A stretch of 64,000 nt of DNA from Camelus ferus (lineage: Eukaryota): assembly GCF_009834535.1 (NCBI RefSeq), contig NC_045696.1, forward strand, positions 31,312,001-31,376,000, read 5' to 3'. The translations under genes were made by a program, and so were the position numbers. Below the pieces are notes generated by a model that saw only the letters and a program-made list of their open reading frames with translations, did no database searches and was not told the DNA's origin. Positions 13,528 to 27,249 of the stretch are shown here, piece by piece. Each line of letters starts with the position of its first letter. Position 1 is the first letter of the stretch.

Positions 13528-13920
13528 TGTAGTTAGGTTGTCCAGTATTATACATCAACTTGGCTAGGATATTTTTGCCAATTATTCAGTCAAACTTTAA
13601 TTTCAGTGTTGCTGTGAAGGTAATTTGCATATGTGATAAAAGACCCTAATCAGTTAACTCTAAGTAAGGTAGATTATCCTAGATAATCTGGATAGGCCTG
13701 ATTAGATCATTTCAAAGGCTTTATGAGTAGAACCAAGGCTTCCCTGAGGAAGAAGAAATTCTCCCTAGAGACAGCACCTTAGTTCATGTCTAAATCTTAC
13801 CATTACTGATGGTCTGCCCTGTGGGTTCAAAACTTGGTTTTTTCCTCCACAGTCATGTAAGCCAAGTCCTTGCTGCAAGTATATACATAAAATTGACCAA
13901 AATTTTCTCTGGTTAACCTT
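13528..13920 (+). mobile_element. ERVL MLT2-type LTR
   Basis: CATCAACTTGGCTAGG...TGTTGCTGTGAAGGTAATTTG...TAAGTAAGGTAGATTATCCTAGATAATCTGGATAGGCCTGATT, MLT2 hallmark motifs. Confidence 0.85.
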
Positions 13921-14879
13921 CAGTAAGTCAGATTCTTAAAGACACTTGCCATAATTAGAGTAGCATCTGTTACATATCTCAATATAAATACATGCCTTAA
14001 TATCACAGAACAATTTTATTTAAAAACTTTGTAGAGTGTTTTACATCTGGTTCCAAAACAAAGCATACATAGTGAATGATAGCCTCTGTATTTGTGTGCT
14101 GGACCTTTGTCCCTTACTGCTTACAGACAGAGCAACCAATCTAAGGGATTCAGCCAGCTCAGGCCCTGTACTGTCCCCTCAAGACATGAAAAAATCCCTA
14201 TCTGTGCACAACTGTGTTCTACTGAGCCATTAAATACTTGGCAGTCCTGTCATGGCAGACCAAAATAATATGACCTAGGCACACATTGTTTTTGTGGATT
14301 TACTAAATCCAGAAATAGACTTTAGAGTTAAGAATGAATAGACTACGTAACCTTCAGACAATTATCAATAAATTGTTTTTTCTCTCAATGAAAGTTTTGA
14401 TGAGTACTGCACTAAAATAAGATACAGAAAATATATAGATAAGGAATTAGAATGCAGCTAATCTATGATGCTTTGGAAGAAAACATATGTATCAATACAC
14501 AGATAAATAGAGAGATATAATTTTAGAATGTATTATAAGGATATATGCTTTTGTCTGCTTCAGCACAAAGATATATTATTCATTAAGAACCAAAGGTTTA
14601 TATCACAGCCATAGGAACTAAATTCCCAACTTGAAAAAGCAAGCAATCACATATTGCCTAATTTTGAGAAATATAAATTCCAGTGAACCATTTAAGATTA
14701 CGCAGGGCAAAATTTATTCCTAGACAGCAGAATGAGGTGTTTTGCATTGCTTTTTTGGGGTTGTTTTATATAAGAGTATAGCTATGAGCCAGTTAAAATA
14801 TCATGAGACTCCTACTGAAAATTATGATTTTAGATTTAGTATAAACTAAACTGTCAGTTTATTCAAGATATTGAAAAGT

Positions 14880-15460
14880 AAAAATAATTGATACAGGGAG
14901 AAAAAGTGTGGATTCTTTTGTAATGGCTCACAAAAGAGTTAGAAATCGAAAAATATTGGATGTCAAAGATTCTATTCATAACGCAAAGATAGAAACTACA
15001 AGAACTTGGGTTTCTAGGTAGAAAACGAAGGCTAAGAATATCAGATTTTTCATATATAGGTGATTGTGAGAATGATGTTGCCCTTGGAGGAACAGTAAAA
15101 AGGAAGGAGACTGGTAGTGATGGAATGGGGAAGAGAAACGGACAAATTCTCAACTGTGTGACACTTGTAGGACACCCTAAGGTGGAGACATTAAGCAAAG
15201 AGCTAGAATCAAGGAGTCGTTTTCTTAGGACAGTTTCTACAAATACAGACTCTGGGGATTTCTGTAGATGTGTCATTTAAATGCAGACTAAATCTGGTTG
15301 AAAGGAACCAGAGGAATCTGGAGATGGACGCACAGCATTAAGGCAAAATCCAGAAGTTAAGGAGTCCGCAGAAGAAATAACTATGTCTTGCCATCCAGGG
15401 AAACAGAAGCAAAACCTTTAAGGCAAAAACCAAATGTTGTCCATGATTCTGAGAGTAAGC
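14880..15460 (-). mobile_element. L2 fragment
   Basis: Purine-rich antisense L2 motif GGACACCCTAAGGTGGAGACATTAAGCAAAGAGCTAG. Confidence 0.65.
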
Positions 15461-15867
15461 CTACCTCACAGAGGGAAACTGATATGTTTAAGCATAATCC
15501 AATAACTTCTAGATTATGGTGAATCCAAGACAGTAGCAACTTTTGTACTCAACCTAAATTCATCACGTGAAAACACACTTCATAAAGATGATTAAAAGTC
15601 AACAGAAAAAACTGCAAATATCTGAGGCTGACAGTGCTAACTGGTCATAATACATTTATATATTATGAATGTACTGTGAAAACTTTACACTCCTGATTTG
15701 TGTTTTTGAAAAAGCCCATCAAGGTCAAAAGGAGAGGCTGAAATGACCTATAATGCACTAACATAGGAATTAAACATTGAAAGACTATTCACACTGATGT
15801 ATAATATACAGTCATTCATGTAATTACCATTTAATCCATTATTTTATATATGCTTTTATATGTTTAT

Positions 15868-17035
15868 TGTTCATTCATTCTATAAATATTTACTGCACAC
15901 AAAACATCTCCCAGGCACTGAAATGCAAGGAAAAAAGAGATGATCCTTGCCCTCAAAGGTTTTTATTTTTAAGGAGAAAAGACACATAAATAGGGAATTA
16001 AGTGTTTATTACAGAAATCACAATAATAGAAATGAGTAAATATGAGGAGGGCCTTTAGGAACAGTTTACGTCTAAACTGAAACATAAAGATTTAAAAACA
16101 ATTAGGAAGATAATGTTCTAGAAGGCATTCTAGACACAATCTGAAAGCAAATACAGGAAAATGAGAAATAACTAGGAATATGCAGCAATTAGAGCATTTT
16201 ATAATCCTCAGAGCATAAGATTAATGGCTAGAGATAGATCTGGAGAAGCAAACAGGAGCTAGAATGACTTGCTAAGAGACCTGACATTTATTCTGGGGTC
16301 CATCTGGAAAAGTGGATCTACAGGGAGGTAGATATTACATATGAATAAAAGGGGCTCATTGTTAAGTAAATTTGAAAAATACCAATTAAATAAGATTAAT
16401 CAGGCATTCTTCAATTTTTTAAAAATATCTCTCTGTGCTTTGGTTAATTACCAAACACAACTGTTTCCTAAACTCATTTGTTGAAGGTAATTTTTTACAA
16501 GAAGTATCTCACAGGAGGAGGATTACATCAAAAATTCTCCTAGAAAGTATAGGAAACATTGAAGATTTTGTAAGTGGAAGTAACAAGACCAGATTTGTAA
16601 TTTAGAAATAGTTCTCTGAGGAATTTTGTAGGGGCTTGATTAATGGCTAAATAAATGGATAAGGGAAGGCCAGTTAATTGGCTCGACCTAGCAAGGAATA
16701 ATGAAACAGCACAAGAGCAGAAAAGTGTGAGAAGAACAAGCGAACTATGTGCAGGAACTGGAATCCAGAGGATCTGTGTCCAGATGAACAGATAAGGGGA
16801 GAAAAAGAGATCAGTCACTTCACGGTTTCCGGATTAAGTGACTGGGAAAGTGAGGGATTTTCTGATGGAATCAAACTACACAATCTTTTGAGAGAGAAAT
16901 GATGAGTTAGTTAGGATTTGGAAGTACAGAATATGAGGTGCTTCTGTAAACAGCATTGGTAATGGTGACCAAACCATATTTACATAAATCTGAAGCTTCC
17001 GGGAAAACTGTCACAAGAGGGGATTTCTGACATCA
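15868..17035 (-). mobile_element. L2 3' region, with a probable nested hAT MITE at ~16310-16560
   Basis: Starts TTCATTCATTCTATAAATATTTACTG...CCAGGCACTG (antisense L2 tail), followed by typical antisense L2 body. Confidence 0.75.
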
Positions 17036-17249
17036 GTAGCTTTTTTTTTCTTTTTGTGGAGCTTCTTCACAAAGAAATGTCGTCAGTAATCTCCCTTTAC
17101 TTTTCCTGTTTGCATTCACTTGATGGTGTTACTCAATTTGCTCATCCACAGTTCTTTGGATCACGTATCTGTTTATGTTTATACAACACACACGCACACA
17201 CGCACACATGCACCCTTCTATTTATAGTACTGGTAAATTTCTACCTAGA

Positions 17250-17640
17250 AATTAGCATTGCTATTATTCAGGATAAAGATTTAAGTGGTCCTTCAGTCCT
17301 TCAGCAACAATCCAAAAAATAACAGTGACTTAAAACAGCCAAGATGTATTGGTCACTGTGAGTCGAGGCAATTCTCTAAGAGAATGACCCTCAGGTGGTG
17401 ACTTCTCATTCCAAAATACTCTAAGTTTGTGGAATGTCCATATCCTTTATCACGGTGTTCTGGGGAAAAGAGCATGGAGAATCACCAAGTGGCTTTTAAA
17501 TACTAAATGTTTCCACATAAAGGTGAAACATATTGAATTCTGCTTAAAAAGCAATTCACTACACCTTCTATAATCTCAAAGAGATGGAAAAATGTAGCAA
17601 AAGAAAGAACCAGACATGTTGGTGATCATTAATAGATTCT
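17250..17640 (-). mobile_element. Old MaLR (MLT1-type) LTR
   Basis: AACAATCCAAAAAATAACAGTGACTTAAAACAGCC...GAGCATGGAGAATCACC...AAGGTGAAACATATTG. Confidence 0.6.
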
Positions 17641-20600
17641 ATTTTAAATTAATTTAAAATTTATTTTTATTTAGGGTCTAGAATAGTCATAGCACTGTGA
17701 TAAGTATTATGCATATCTAATAAAAGGGAAGTTCAGTTAATATAAAATGGTTCCCAGGTAGTCCCCCAAATGCCAAAGAAAATACTAATAATGAACAATA
17801 ATGATAGTAATAAGTAACCTCTGGAATTTGTTTTGGATAATATATTATTTCTGCTGTCACCTCATCTCTGACTCCTTAGGCAGAATCTTAGTGAAAGAGG
17901 GAAACATGAGAGCATCTTCAGAACTACCTGGAATGTGATTTTAGCCAAAAAGATGTTAAAGAAAAGTGATCATGCATGGGATGCTCTAAGTTGTGTCAGA
18001 AGAATCACAAATGCCTGACAATGATAATAATAATAATATAAATACATACCTGCCATGGTAAACAATAATACAACTGCAATGTTCCACATATTTTATCAGG
18101 CACTCATGGATGTCACAATCTGGACTCTAGAAGATGACAGATCTTTGCTGGTATCACTACAAATAAAACTAGACATTATATGTGGTTGGCAAATAATGTT
18201 TCAAATGTGCTACAATTAATATACTGAATTCTTTTATGTTTGAAAACCTATCAAAATATACACATATAAATAAGTTTTTTTTTTTCTCCTATGTTCTGCC
18301 ATTGCAAGAGAGAAGCCAACAGAATCCTTATGAAACACACTAACTCTTTTAGGGGAGATTAACAAATTTGGCATCTAGAGATTCCTCCTTTGGCCTTAGC
18401 TGCTATATTTTGCAGAATCATTTTCATTTCAGGAAACTGGTATTGTTAAGTGCAATGTGTCCTCATGTGATTTCTCAAACAAATGAGAGTTTCTAAAATA
18501 TCACTTTGTAATAATAAAAATATACTCATGGACTTGAATTATTATACTGTTTATAACTATTCCCTTGGTGTGAATTACTTTGTAACAATTCAAAGCCTGC
18601 TCACTAGGCTTAATTAAAGTGTTCCCATTCTTACAAAGTGCATAAGTGGTAGAATTATTTTAAAATATGCCATTTTGGGGGAAAGAGTCTAATTAGCATT
18701 TGATTTAGTGGCACAGAGAAATGGATTTAGCTGTGGGCAATAGAGCTCTGAGAACCAATGAAAATGTTGAGGAAGGTGAAATTATGAAGATATAAAAAGA
18801 AAATTCTTTCTGACTTTAAGCACACTTCCCAAGTTATTAGGGACAGAATAGTGCTGTCTTCCAGTTGTTTTTCATTTTTTGGGGGTGGGGTGTTTGTTTG
18901 TTTGTTGTACAACAAACAAGTCACGGTGATCCTAAGTGAAGAATCCTCAACATGCAAACACCAGGCTTATAATGACATCCTAGATTTGAAAATCTTACTA
19001 GGCTTGATATGCCATTGTAGATCATTCCACATGCTCATACTTATGGTAATGTAGTTTTGTTAAAAAATACCATTTTTTATCTTTAAATAAGTTTGTGTAC
19101 AGAATGTAGGAGTATATGACCACCAGGAAGTGACAAAGAAAAATGACCCTTTTTTTTCTAAAGATCTTCCTTGGATAAGAATTGCAAAGCTGGAATATCA
19201 CCTTAACCTTAAAAGACTGCTTGCTTTAATGATAACTATAGTTCAGAATTTCACAAAAAATACAAATTTGACTACAAAGTATAAGTAATTACGACCAATA
19301 CCATATACGTGTTCAGAGTTATTTTCAGAATAGGAAACTCATTAGCCAGAAATGCAGTTCTGTAACTAAAGTACTGCATATCCAATTCTTATTATCGATG
19401 CATCATTCCAAAAAAATGACGCTTGTTTTATTCATTATTTTGTGGAAGCACAGATCTCCTGTACTAATTAATACAAATTAGGAGAAAGTTACTTAACGCT
19501 AATAGTAGATCATTTTTAAAAAGGCAACACGACTAGATTAACTATTTCATGTAATTTATGACACCTCTTCATCTACATGACTGCCCTTCACTTCAGTAGC
19601 AATAAAGAGCACAATCTCTAGATGTCAAAGTAATAAGTAATTTTCCTACACACCAAATTTCTCTCTTTTTAGTATACTATACATTCACTTTGAAAGGACA
19701 TCATTTCTTAGATATGTGAAAATGAGCTAAATATGTATGTTGTAATGAGCACTTTGCTGTTTTATCATGACTTCAATATGATCAAATGCTGGTTATACAT
19801 CTAAGATTCCTGAAACAGAATTGAGAGGATCATGAGGATGAAAGATATACGAAATGTGAAATCCTTAATCATTTTTCACACATTTTGTGGCCAGTCTATC
19901 CTTTCTCACAACTCAATGAGGTTGAGATGATGACTAGTGGAAAATAGTCAACTAATTAAATTTCAGACTTTCAAAAAGGTCAAAATAGTACAGCATATTA
20001 TTATACTTCACAGAATAAATGGAGCATGCAAATGCCAATACTTCATTCTGGTGACAAAATCAGGGAAAAAAATGAAAGGAAATTGAGTAAAATTGTCTCA
20101 TTGCTTCAGATGTGGCAGTCAAACTTTAGCTAGAATTTTAACCGCATAGTGAAGTACTTGCTATAAAATAGCAAAGGTTGCTTATGTTCTTAAGCTGTAT
20201 CATTAAAGTTACTTCTAGGCTGTACTTCTGAATATAGCTTAAACAATTATAGATTATACACTATAAGTATGTTATAGGTTATAAATTATAGTCTGTATTT
20301 CCAAAATTATAAATATGAGACAAAATGTCCCTTAGCTACATAAATGTCTGATAACATTTTCTTACAGTTTTCTTTAACAATGTAGTGAATTTTTGTGTTC
20401 TGTCCCTTAATGAATAAACACATCAGTTTGGTCAGATGGGACAAAACAGTCAACATAAACAGTACATCAAAAAAAAACGATGCCAGTATTATAAAATGCA
20501 TATAGGTATACATACATTTTACGTCATATACATACTGAGAACTCTTAGTGCTTCTCTGTTCTTGATATTAAAAAAAAAAACAAACCACTAAACATAAATG

Positions 20601-20869
20601 GTCCTTTTGAGCTTCTCACCTCTTTCCTTCTCTCAAGGGACCGACATACCATTCTTAACTCAACTCCCATTTGAGGTTGAGTCTTCGTTCCAGTTTCACC
20701 CTTTAAAAAAAACTTTTCTAGTGACTGGTATTTCCTTCCTTTAAAGTGTGTCCTTATACTCAGTATGAGCAAAATTATTTGTTTTAAGTAGCAAATAAGA
20801 TAATGCATGTAAAGCACATATCATGGGACTTGACAGATACGTTTTAAGAAACATGGCCTCTTATGAATA

Positions 20870-21090
20870 TGGCTCTGAAGCCTGACCTGCATTAGCTTGA
20901 AGCTGCAGTCTCACTCCTTCATAATTATATATTCTTCAGAATATTATTCAACCTCTCCAACTAAGCATCAGTTTCCACATGTATAGAATTAGCAAAAAGA
21001 TACTTATCTCACTGGGTTATTGAGGTGCGTATATATGATAATTTTTTAAGATGCTAAACATTTAATATATAATCAGAGCTCAGCAAAGAT
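20870..21090 (+). mobile_element. MIR SINE (a second MIR tail lies at ~20760-20840)
   Basis: TTATTCAACCTCTCC...CATCAGTTTCCACATGTATAGAAT...TACTTATCTCACTGGGTTATTGAGG MIR core. Confidence 0.75.
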
Positions 21091-21199
21091 TCATTTGCCA
21101 TTTGCCATTTTGTATCATCCTGCTTTCACTTTAATCATTTCAACTTACTGAACTTTCCCAAGCTCTTCTTTGTATTCAGAATTACGGCAAAACCCAGAG

Positions 21200-21726
21200 A
21201 ACCAATTTTTATTGCTGCCATAACAAACAAGTTTGGTGGCTTAAAACAACAGAAATGTATTATCTTACAATTCTTTAGGTCAGAAGTCTAACACAGGACT
21301 AACACAGGACTCGGTGCAGTAAGATCAAAGTATTAGAGTATTATATTCCTTTCTGGGAGTTCTAGGGTAGCCTCTGTTGTTAGACTCACTTATGTTGTTC
21401 CTTGTAATTGTAGAACCAGAGGCTCCGTGGCTTACTGTCTGTAAGTGTGGGCAAGTCCCAGCCTTTGAAAGCAACCTCATCCCTTGGTTTGTGTGCTCCT
21501 CCCATCCTTCTTCAATGCCAATAATGTCAGGTCAAATCCTCATTTCTCATCTTCTCAGATTTTAAGGACTCATGTGATTAGATTAGGCTCACCTGTATAA
21601 TCTCAAGATTTATAACCTTAATCACAAATTCAAATTCCCTTTTGCAGTGTTCAGTAACATGCTGACAGTTTCCAGGGATTAGAGAACTTGGACATCATTG
21701 AGGGGGCCATTATTCTGTCATACACA
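21200..21726 (-). mobile_element. MaLR (MLT1D/E-type) solo LTR
   Basis: TATTGCTGCCATAACAAAC...GGTGGCTTAAAACAACAGAAATGTATTATCTTACA...GGGGGCCATTATTCTGTCATACACA. Confidence 0.88.
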
Positions 21727-22739
21727 CCCTATGTGGGGACATGTCATGGGACTTGTGTTTTAGACACGTTATATTTGAAAAAGTACACAGTTTCTACTAT
21801 GCCAGGCCTGATTATTAGAAGTTAATCCTGTCTAAGAATTTCCCAGAAGGGCTACCAACAGATGGACATGTTTTTCTATCCAAATAATACGTTAAGTAAT
21901 AATGCTGACTCACAGTATTGGATGCAAGTGGCCACTGAAAATTTCCTTTGGTTTTCCTTCTCCGTATCACCTACAATTCATTCCTGTTTGACGATGCCCT
22001 GTAATTTATCACTTATGATGATTTACTACCTTATCTTAACCTCACTTGTTTCTGGTCACAATTAGAGTGGTAAAGTTTAAATATATTTATTATATTCTAA
22101 ACTAAACCATTAGCATACTTGCTACATGTTCCAAATTAGACCCAATTTAAAGGATAATTCTCAGGTTTTACTTCACAGCTAATATTTAACAGGTTTTAGA
22201 TCTGATATTCCATATCTCTGGATTACTATTAAAAATATTATTTGACTATCTCTATACTCTGCTCATCCTAACTGGTATTTTGAGAAAGCTATCACAGTTT
22301 CAATTTTCTTTTTCCTATTGAAATTTGAGATCAGAAATGAATTTATCTGGAGTTTTTCTTTCAATCTCCCTTTCTCCAATTCTCTCTCTTTTTCTTTTTA
22401 TTTCCAGAGAGGTCTCTCATATTAAACAGTTGAATCGGAATCCAACTCTTAATCACTCTTACCACACTGCCCTATTCAATTTGGTCAACTCCTTCCTGAT
22501 CTTTTTGATTTCTTCTTCACTTGTCTCCTCTTCCTCATCCCTACAATTCCATTGTTAAGTCTGCTCCTCTACTACGCCTGTGATGATTTTATCACATATG
22601 TGTTTATGCAGTCCTGCAGCTGTCCTAGAGTTCCCTACAACTGCTACGTTGGCTGGGTATCCAGTGGCTATTTTTATGAATATGTGTTTCAAAATGTACT
22701 CAGATTTTTAACTTCATATTGAGATAGCTGTTATAAAAT

Positions 22740-23916
22740 AGCACTATAAACCCATGATTTTAATATACAAATGCATCTATCTGTGTGTGTTTATATATAC
22801 AGCATAACCGGCATATCTGGGTTCCATTTTTGCCTTCTAAACAGCAAAAGGAACTATATTCCTTGAATGACTCAGGACAGAGGAAATACAATAAGAGATG
22901 GAACATCTCATGATCTCAGAAAGTAAAGAAGTGAAAAAAAAAAAAGATAAGGGCTAGTTGAAAGAACACAAAACCAATCAATCTGAAGACTCTCCTAATG
23001 GCAAAAGCAGGAAAATAAATTTGAACAACAAAATAAATAACAGTATTAGATTTTAACCCATAGAAGAAAATTAGTATTTATAAATTCACATTGTTAAAAT
23101 TGTCTGTTAAGTAAATATATGGGGCATGACAGACTTTTCTTTCTTACAGTACAATTCAAATTGATAAAGAAGGTAGAAGGAAAATAGAAAATTAACATTA
23201 GGCAAACACCATAATAGGAAATCTTAAAGACAAGATCCACTGATGGAATGCTAAAATTATTAGGTAAAACTATGAGGAGAATCAGGATTTCATAATCTCA
23301 AAGTATCTCCCCAATATATTGATAAAGTACAAAAGGAAAGACAGTAACTTTACCATGGAGAAACCTGAAAGAAGCCACCTTGACCGAGCGATCACGTTTA
23401 ACAACATCTGTAGTGAAATATACTAACATTACAAACCACTTGATATGATTCACTGAAAAGAATACAGCATTATTTCGATGATATTCTTTCAAAAACTGCA
23501 TCACCTGTTTGTTATGATGAGAAATCATCAGACAAATGCCAGTTCAGAGACATCTGACAAAACAATTGATCATAGCTCTTCAAGTGTCAACGTGACGAAA
23601 GATGAGAAAGGCTGAGAAAATCTTACAGGCTTAGAAGATACTGAAGGGAAATAACAACTATAAGTAATATGGATCTTGGACAGAATCCTGAAACAGAAGA
23701 AGGACATTAGTGGAAAACCTGATAAAAGGAAATTAGGCCTATAAAATGTTTAATAATATTGTACTGGTATTAATTTCCTGACTTTGACAATTGTCCTATG
23801 GTTATGTAAAAATGCTGACACAGGGAAAGCAGAATAAAAGAATAAGGAAACATTTCGTGTGATTCTGGTAACTTTTATGTGTGTCTTAAATTAATAAAAA
23901 ATGAACAGTTTAAAAA
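22740..23916 (+). mobile_element. L1MC-type 3' UTR/end
   Basis: CAGTAACTTTACCATGGAGAAACCTG...GGACATTAGTGGAAAACCTG...TTAATTTCCTGACTTTGACAATTGT, then an A tail. Confidence 0.82.
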
Positions 23917-24059
23917 ATGTGTAATCTAGTAAATTTATTAAAACTATGCATGGGCACAAACTAATCCATTGCAGGTGGTAAAATAATGGTAATATTATTA
24001 ACCATATACTACCTAGTGATCATTAATTTTAGTGTTTTTATGAATTAATTCATATAACA

Positions 24060-24170
24060 TTTATGGCCACAGCATGTTGTAAGTACTGCTGCAACCAACT
24101 AGAGTTTATATTTGAGGAAACTGAGGCACAGAGAGACTGAATACTTTACCCAATATTACTTTGAAACCAG
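24060..24170 (-). mobile_element. MIR fragment
   Basis: GAGGAAACTGAGGCACAGAGAG antisense MIR core. Confidence 0.75.
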
Positions 24171-24907
24171 GGGAAGCCCAAGTTTTTGTTCACCCTGCTG
24201 TATAGCCTTTCCCTTGAAGCAAAGTGTGCAGACTCAATAAAGACTGCATTAAGCTCATATTTGGACTGAAAAGGTGTACAATTAAATTATTAAACTTTGA
24301 GACATGGAGTTAAAAAACAAGTAAGCGTAATTTCAGAGTAAACAATGCATGCTGTCAGTCAAAAGTATAGGTTGAATAAGGCATAATAAAAATGAAGAAG
24401 TTAACAAGAATATTTTCATGTTGGTGTCTATTTTATCCTTATTCATCCAACTTTTATTTTTCTGTGCTTTTTGAGATATGGAATTAGCATCATTGTTCTT
24501 TTGGTTTAATGTCCCTACCTCCCAAATTTATGTTATCGTCCTTGCTGCCTTTTCTCTGTTTTTCCCTTCCTCTTTTTTCTACATTTCCTTAAACACCATA
24601 GATTTCTCTTTTGCTTGCTCCACCTGCTTTGTTCTCTCTATTTCTTGTTTCACCTTATGTAACTTGCTCTGGCTGGGAGGATAATGTCTCTCAATACTGT
24701 ACATTTCCTCCCATCACAGCGGCTAACAGAATAAGCATTAACATTTCATCTTAAGTATCAGTATAAATCTCACTTTAATATAATTCTGAAATGTTCCAGT
24801 AAAATCCTTATTCTTTCAGCAGGTCCCTTTCATAAACCCATCTCCATGATGCATTTTGGCAGTGACAAACAGCAAACTGGGTGGAACTCTGCAGTGGCTC
24901 TGATCCA

Positions 24908-24929
24908 CCCCCAACCCCCGCCCCCGCCC
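24908..24929 (-). promoter_or_regulatory. Tandem GC boxes (Sp/KLF-type) and canonical G-quadruplex motif
   Basis: + strand CCCCCAACCCCCGCCCCCGCCC gives four G-runs (3,5,5,5) with 1-2 nt loops on the minus strand and contains two CCCCGCCC boxes. Function unproven. Confidence 0.4.
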
Positions 24930-25323
24930 ATTTCCTCCCTTTATCAGTTTCTCTAGAATTTAAAAGAAATGGCAAAATTCATTGCAGAGAACCTTACAAA
25001 ATTTACATTGTACTTTCAAATATAGAATAATAGTTCTTGTGGATGGGGGAGAAAAGTAAGAACTGGCTGTTACTTTACTAGTTCAGAAACTATACGTATT
25101 TCACGCCGTTGAGCCAAAGAAATGGATTGTTGTTGCCAAGTCTGAAAATCAAATCGCTGGTCCTGTTAAGAAAATGACAGGTAACAAAAAACCACAGTAG
25201 TCCAAAAGACTCCTTTTCACTTCTTTACTCGAGTGTTTTTGTGTGAAAGATACAGATTTCTCTTGACTGAGAGGACCAACTCCTCTCCATCTCCATGTGT
25301 ATGGATCAGTGGGCTTCTTTCCC

Positions 25324-25850
25324 TTTTTCCAGCTTTACTGTGGTGTAATTGACAAATAAAATTTTTAAGTAAAATCATTTAAGATGTACAACTTGACGTT
25401 CTGATATACTATACGTTGTGAAATAATCACCACAATCAAGCTACTGAAATATCCAGCATCTCACACAGTTACCATGCATTGTTTTGTGTTTTGTGGTGAG
25501 AACATTTTAGCTCTATCCTCTTAGCAAATTTCAAATATAAAATAGATTTTCATTAACTACAGTCACTATGCTTTACATTAGATTTCAGAATTTATCCACC
25601 CTGTACAACTAAAAATGTGTACTTTTTGACCAACATCTCTCATTTTCCCCTTACTCTAGTTTCTGGCAAACACCATTCTACTTCTGTTTCTTTGAGTATG
25701 ATTATTTTACATTCCACACATCAGTGAGATGATGCAGTATTTGTTTTTCTGTGTTTGGTTTATTTCACTAAGCATAATGTCCTCCAGGTTCATCCATGCT
25801 GTCGAAAATGGCAACATTTTCTTCTTTTTTAAGGCTGAATCATATTCCGT
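25324..25850 (-). mobile_element. L1MA-type 3' end
   Basis: TTTTCCAGCTTTACTGTGGTGTAATTGACAAATAAAA...TTCACTAAGCATAATGTCCTCCAGGTTCATCCATGCTGTC. Confidence 0.88.
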
Positions 25851-26829
25851 ATCAATAGATACCTTAAATCCAATATATGTGCTCAATATGTGTCACCACC
25901 TTTCCTCCATCAATCTCAGGGTATCCCCACAGGAATCCACCATCCCTCACTGGCTGCTCTTTCCCTTAGCCAAACATTTGCATATAGGCTCTTCACTAAA
26001 ACTCTCTTCCATTTCTCCTTTTTGACTAGTCCATCTGTGTCCTACTGGGTCCTTGCCCAATGCAATGCACAATTTTCTTTCATAAATAACAATAACTTAA
26101 AAGATAAATTTCTAGCAAAAATAGAAAAAAATTGTTTTCATAGCTAATTCACACACCACAGAAAAGGCAATTTAATTTTATTGTATGCTAATAGATTTTC
26201 TTTTGACGTTTATTCAACAGCTTTCATTGAAGGATCTATGAATAAGAGAAAGCATGATATAAGTTGCTTCTGAAATACTCAATTCTCAGAAGATTAATGA
26301 TGCATCACAGTGGCTAATAACACATTTATTTGTAATTCAGCTGATCCAGGAAGGCAGGACTATTTGTATGGGATGAGAAAACTCATGCAATGCTTAAATG
26401 TGTGTACATATCTCCTACGGTATTTAAGGTTTATATGAGGAGTAGGTGCCCTAATTGTATTAGAATCTGATTTTGCTCCCTTCTATCAAGCAAGGTGGAA
26501 ACAAGTAAGATGCAGATTCATTCTGGGTTTGAGCTTTCTCTTAAAAGAAAAAGAATTTTCTAGGGAGGGAACTTTAGGACATCTGAAAATTGGCAGTGTT
26601 TCTCCTGGAAGCAAACTGAGAACACAAGGAGTATCTAAAGAAAATGGAAAAAAATATCTTGGGAAGTTTGTAATGGAGGGTAAAAATGTTTCCCATCGCT
26701 GAATGGAGTATTTATGGAGTCATGATTTCTCCCTCTGTTTGTCGGCTTTGGAAAAATTAGTTGGTATATAACCAGCAAAGGCAGGGTGAAATTTCAATTG
26801 GTTGTAGTATTACACACCGGTAGCACCTA

Positions 26830-26995
26830 ATTAACAACACAGTACAAACTGTTAATCCAGCTTCAACACTAGCTGTCTGACCTTAAACAAATCACATACT
26901 ATCTTTAATGATATGACTTAAAACATATAAAGAACATAGAACAATGCCTGGCTCATAGTAAATTCTATGTAAGTATTTGCTATTATTATTATCAC
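26830..26995 (+). mobile_element. MIR fragment
   Basis: AGCTGTCTGACCTTAAACAAATCAC...AGAACAATGCCTGGCTCATAGTAAATTCT...GCTATTATTATTA. Confidence 0.72.
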
Positions 26996-27249
26996 TAAAA
27001 ATGCGTGATTTAAAAAAAAAGTCTGAACCGCGTTCACTAATGCTTTCTGTCCATCTTACAGTAATTCTTAGTTAATTTCCTCTTTCCCAGAATTGCTAGT
27101 TCTAAAGTTTTCTAATAGCCTACAAGTTTTTTTCGCTCCACCAAAACTTTCTCACTTTTTATCAGATGAGATTGCCACCTAAATCACAGGTTAAATATAA
27201 ATCATTCAACTGGAACGTCTTCAAATGCTACCCATTTATTTTTCCCCAA

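Noticed and set aside
18050..18090. Signal-peptide-like MWNIAVVLLFTMA before a minus-strand donor
   Set aside because: Only 13 codons, with no identifiable downstream coding exon or known protein match.
24880..24940. CpG-island promoter
   Set aside because: The GC-rich patch is only about 30 bp with two CpGs, far below island size.
25087..25180. + strand open exon KLYVFHAVEPKKWIVVAKSENQIAGPVKKMT ending CAG|GTAACA
   Set aside because: Weak acceptor, unrecognised peptide and no partner exons. Kept only as part of the 24-25 kb island.
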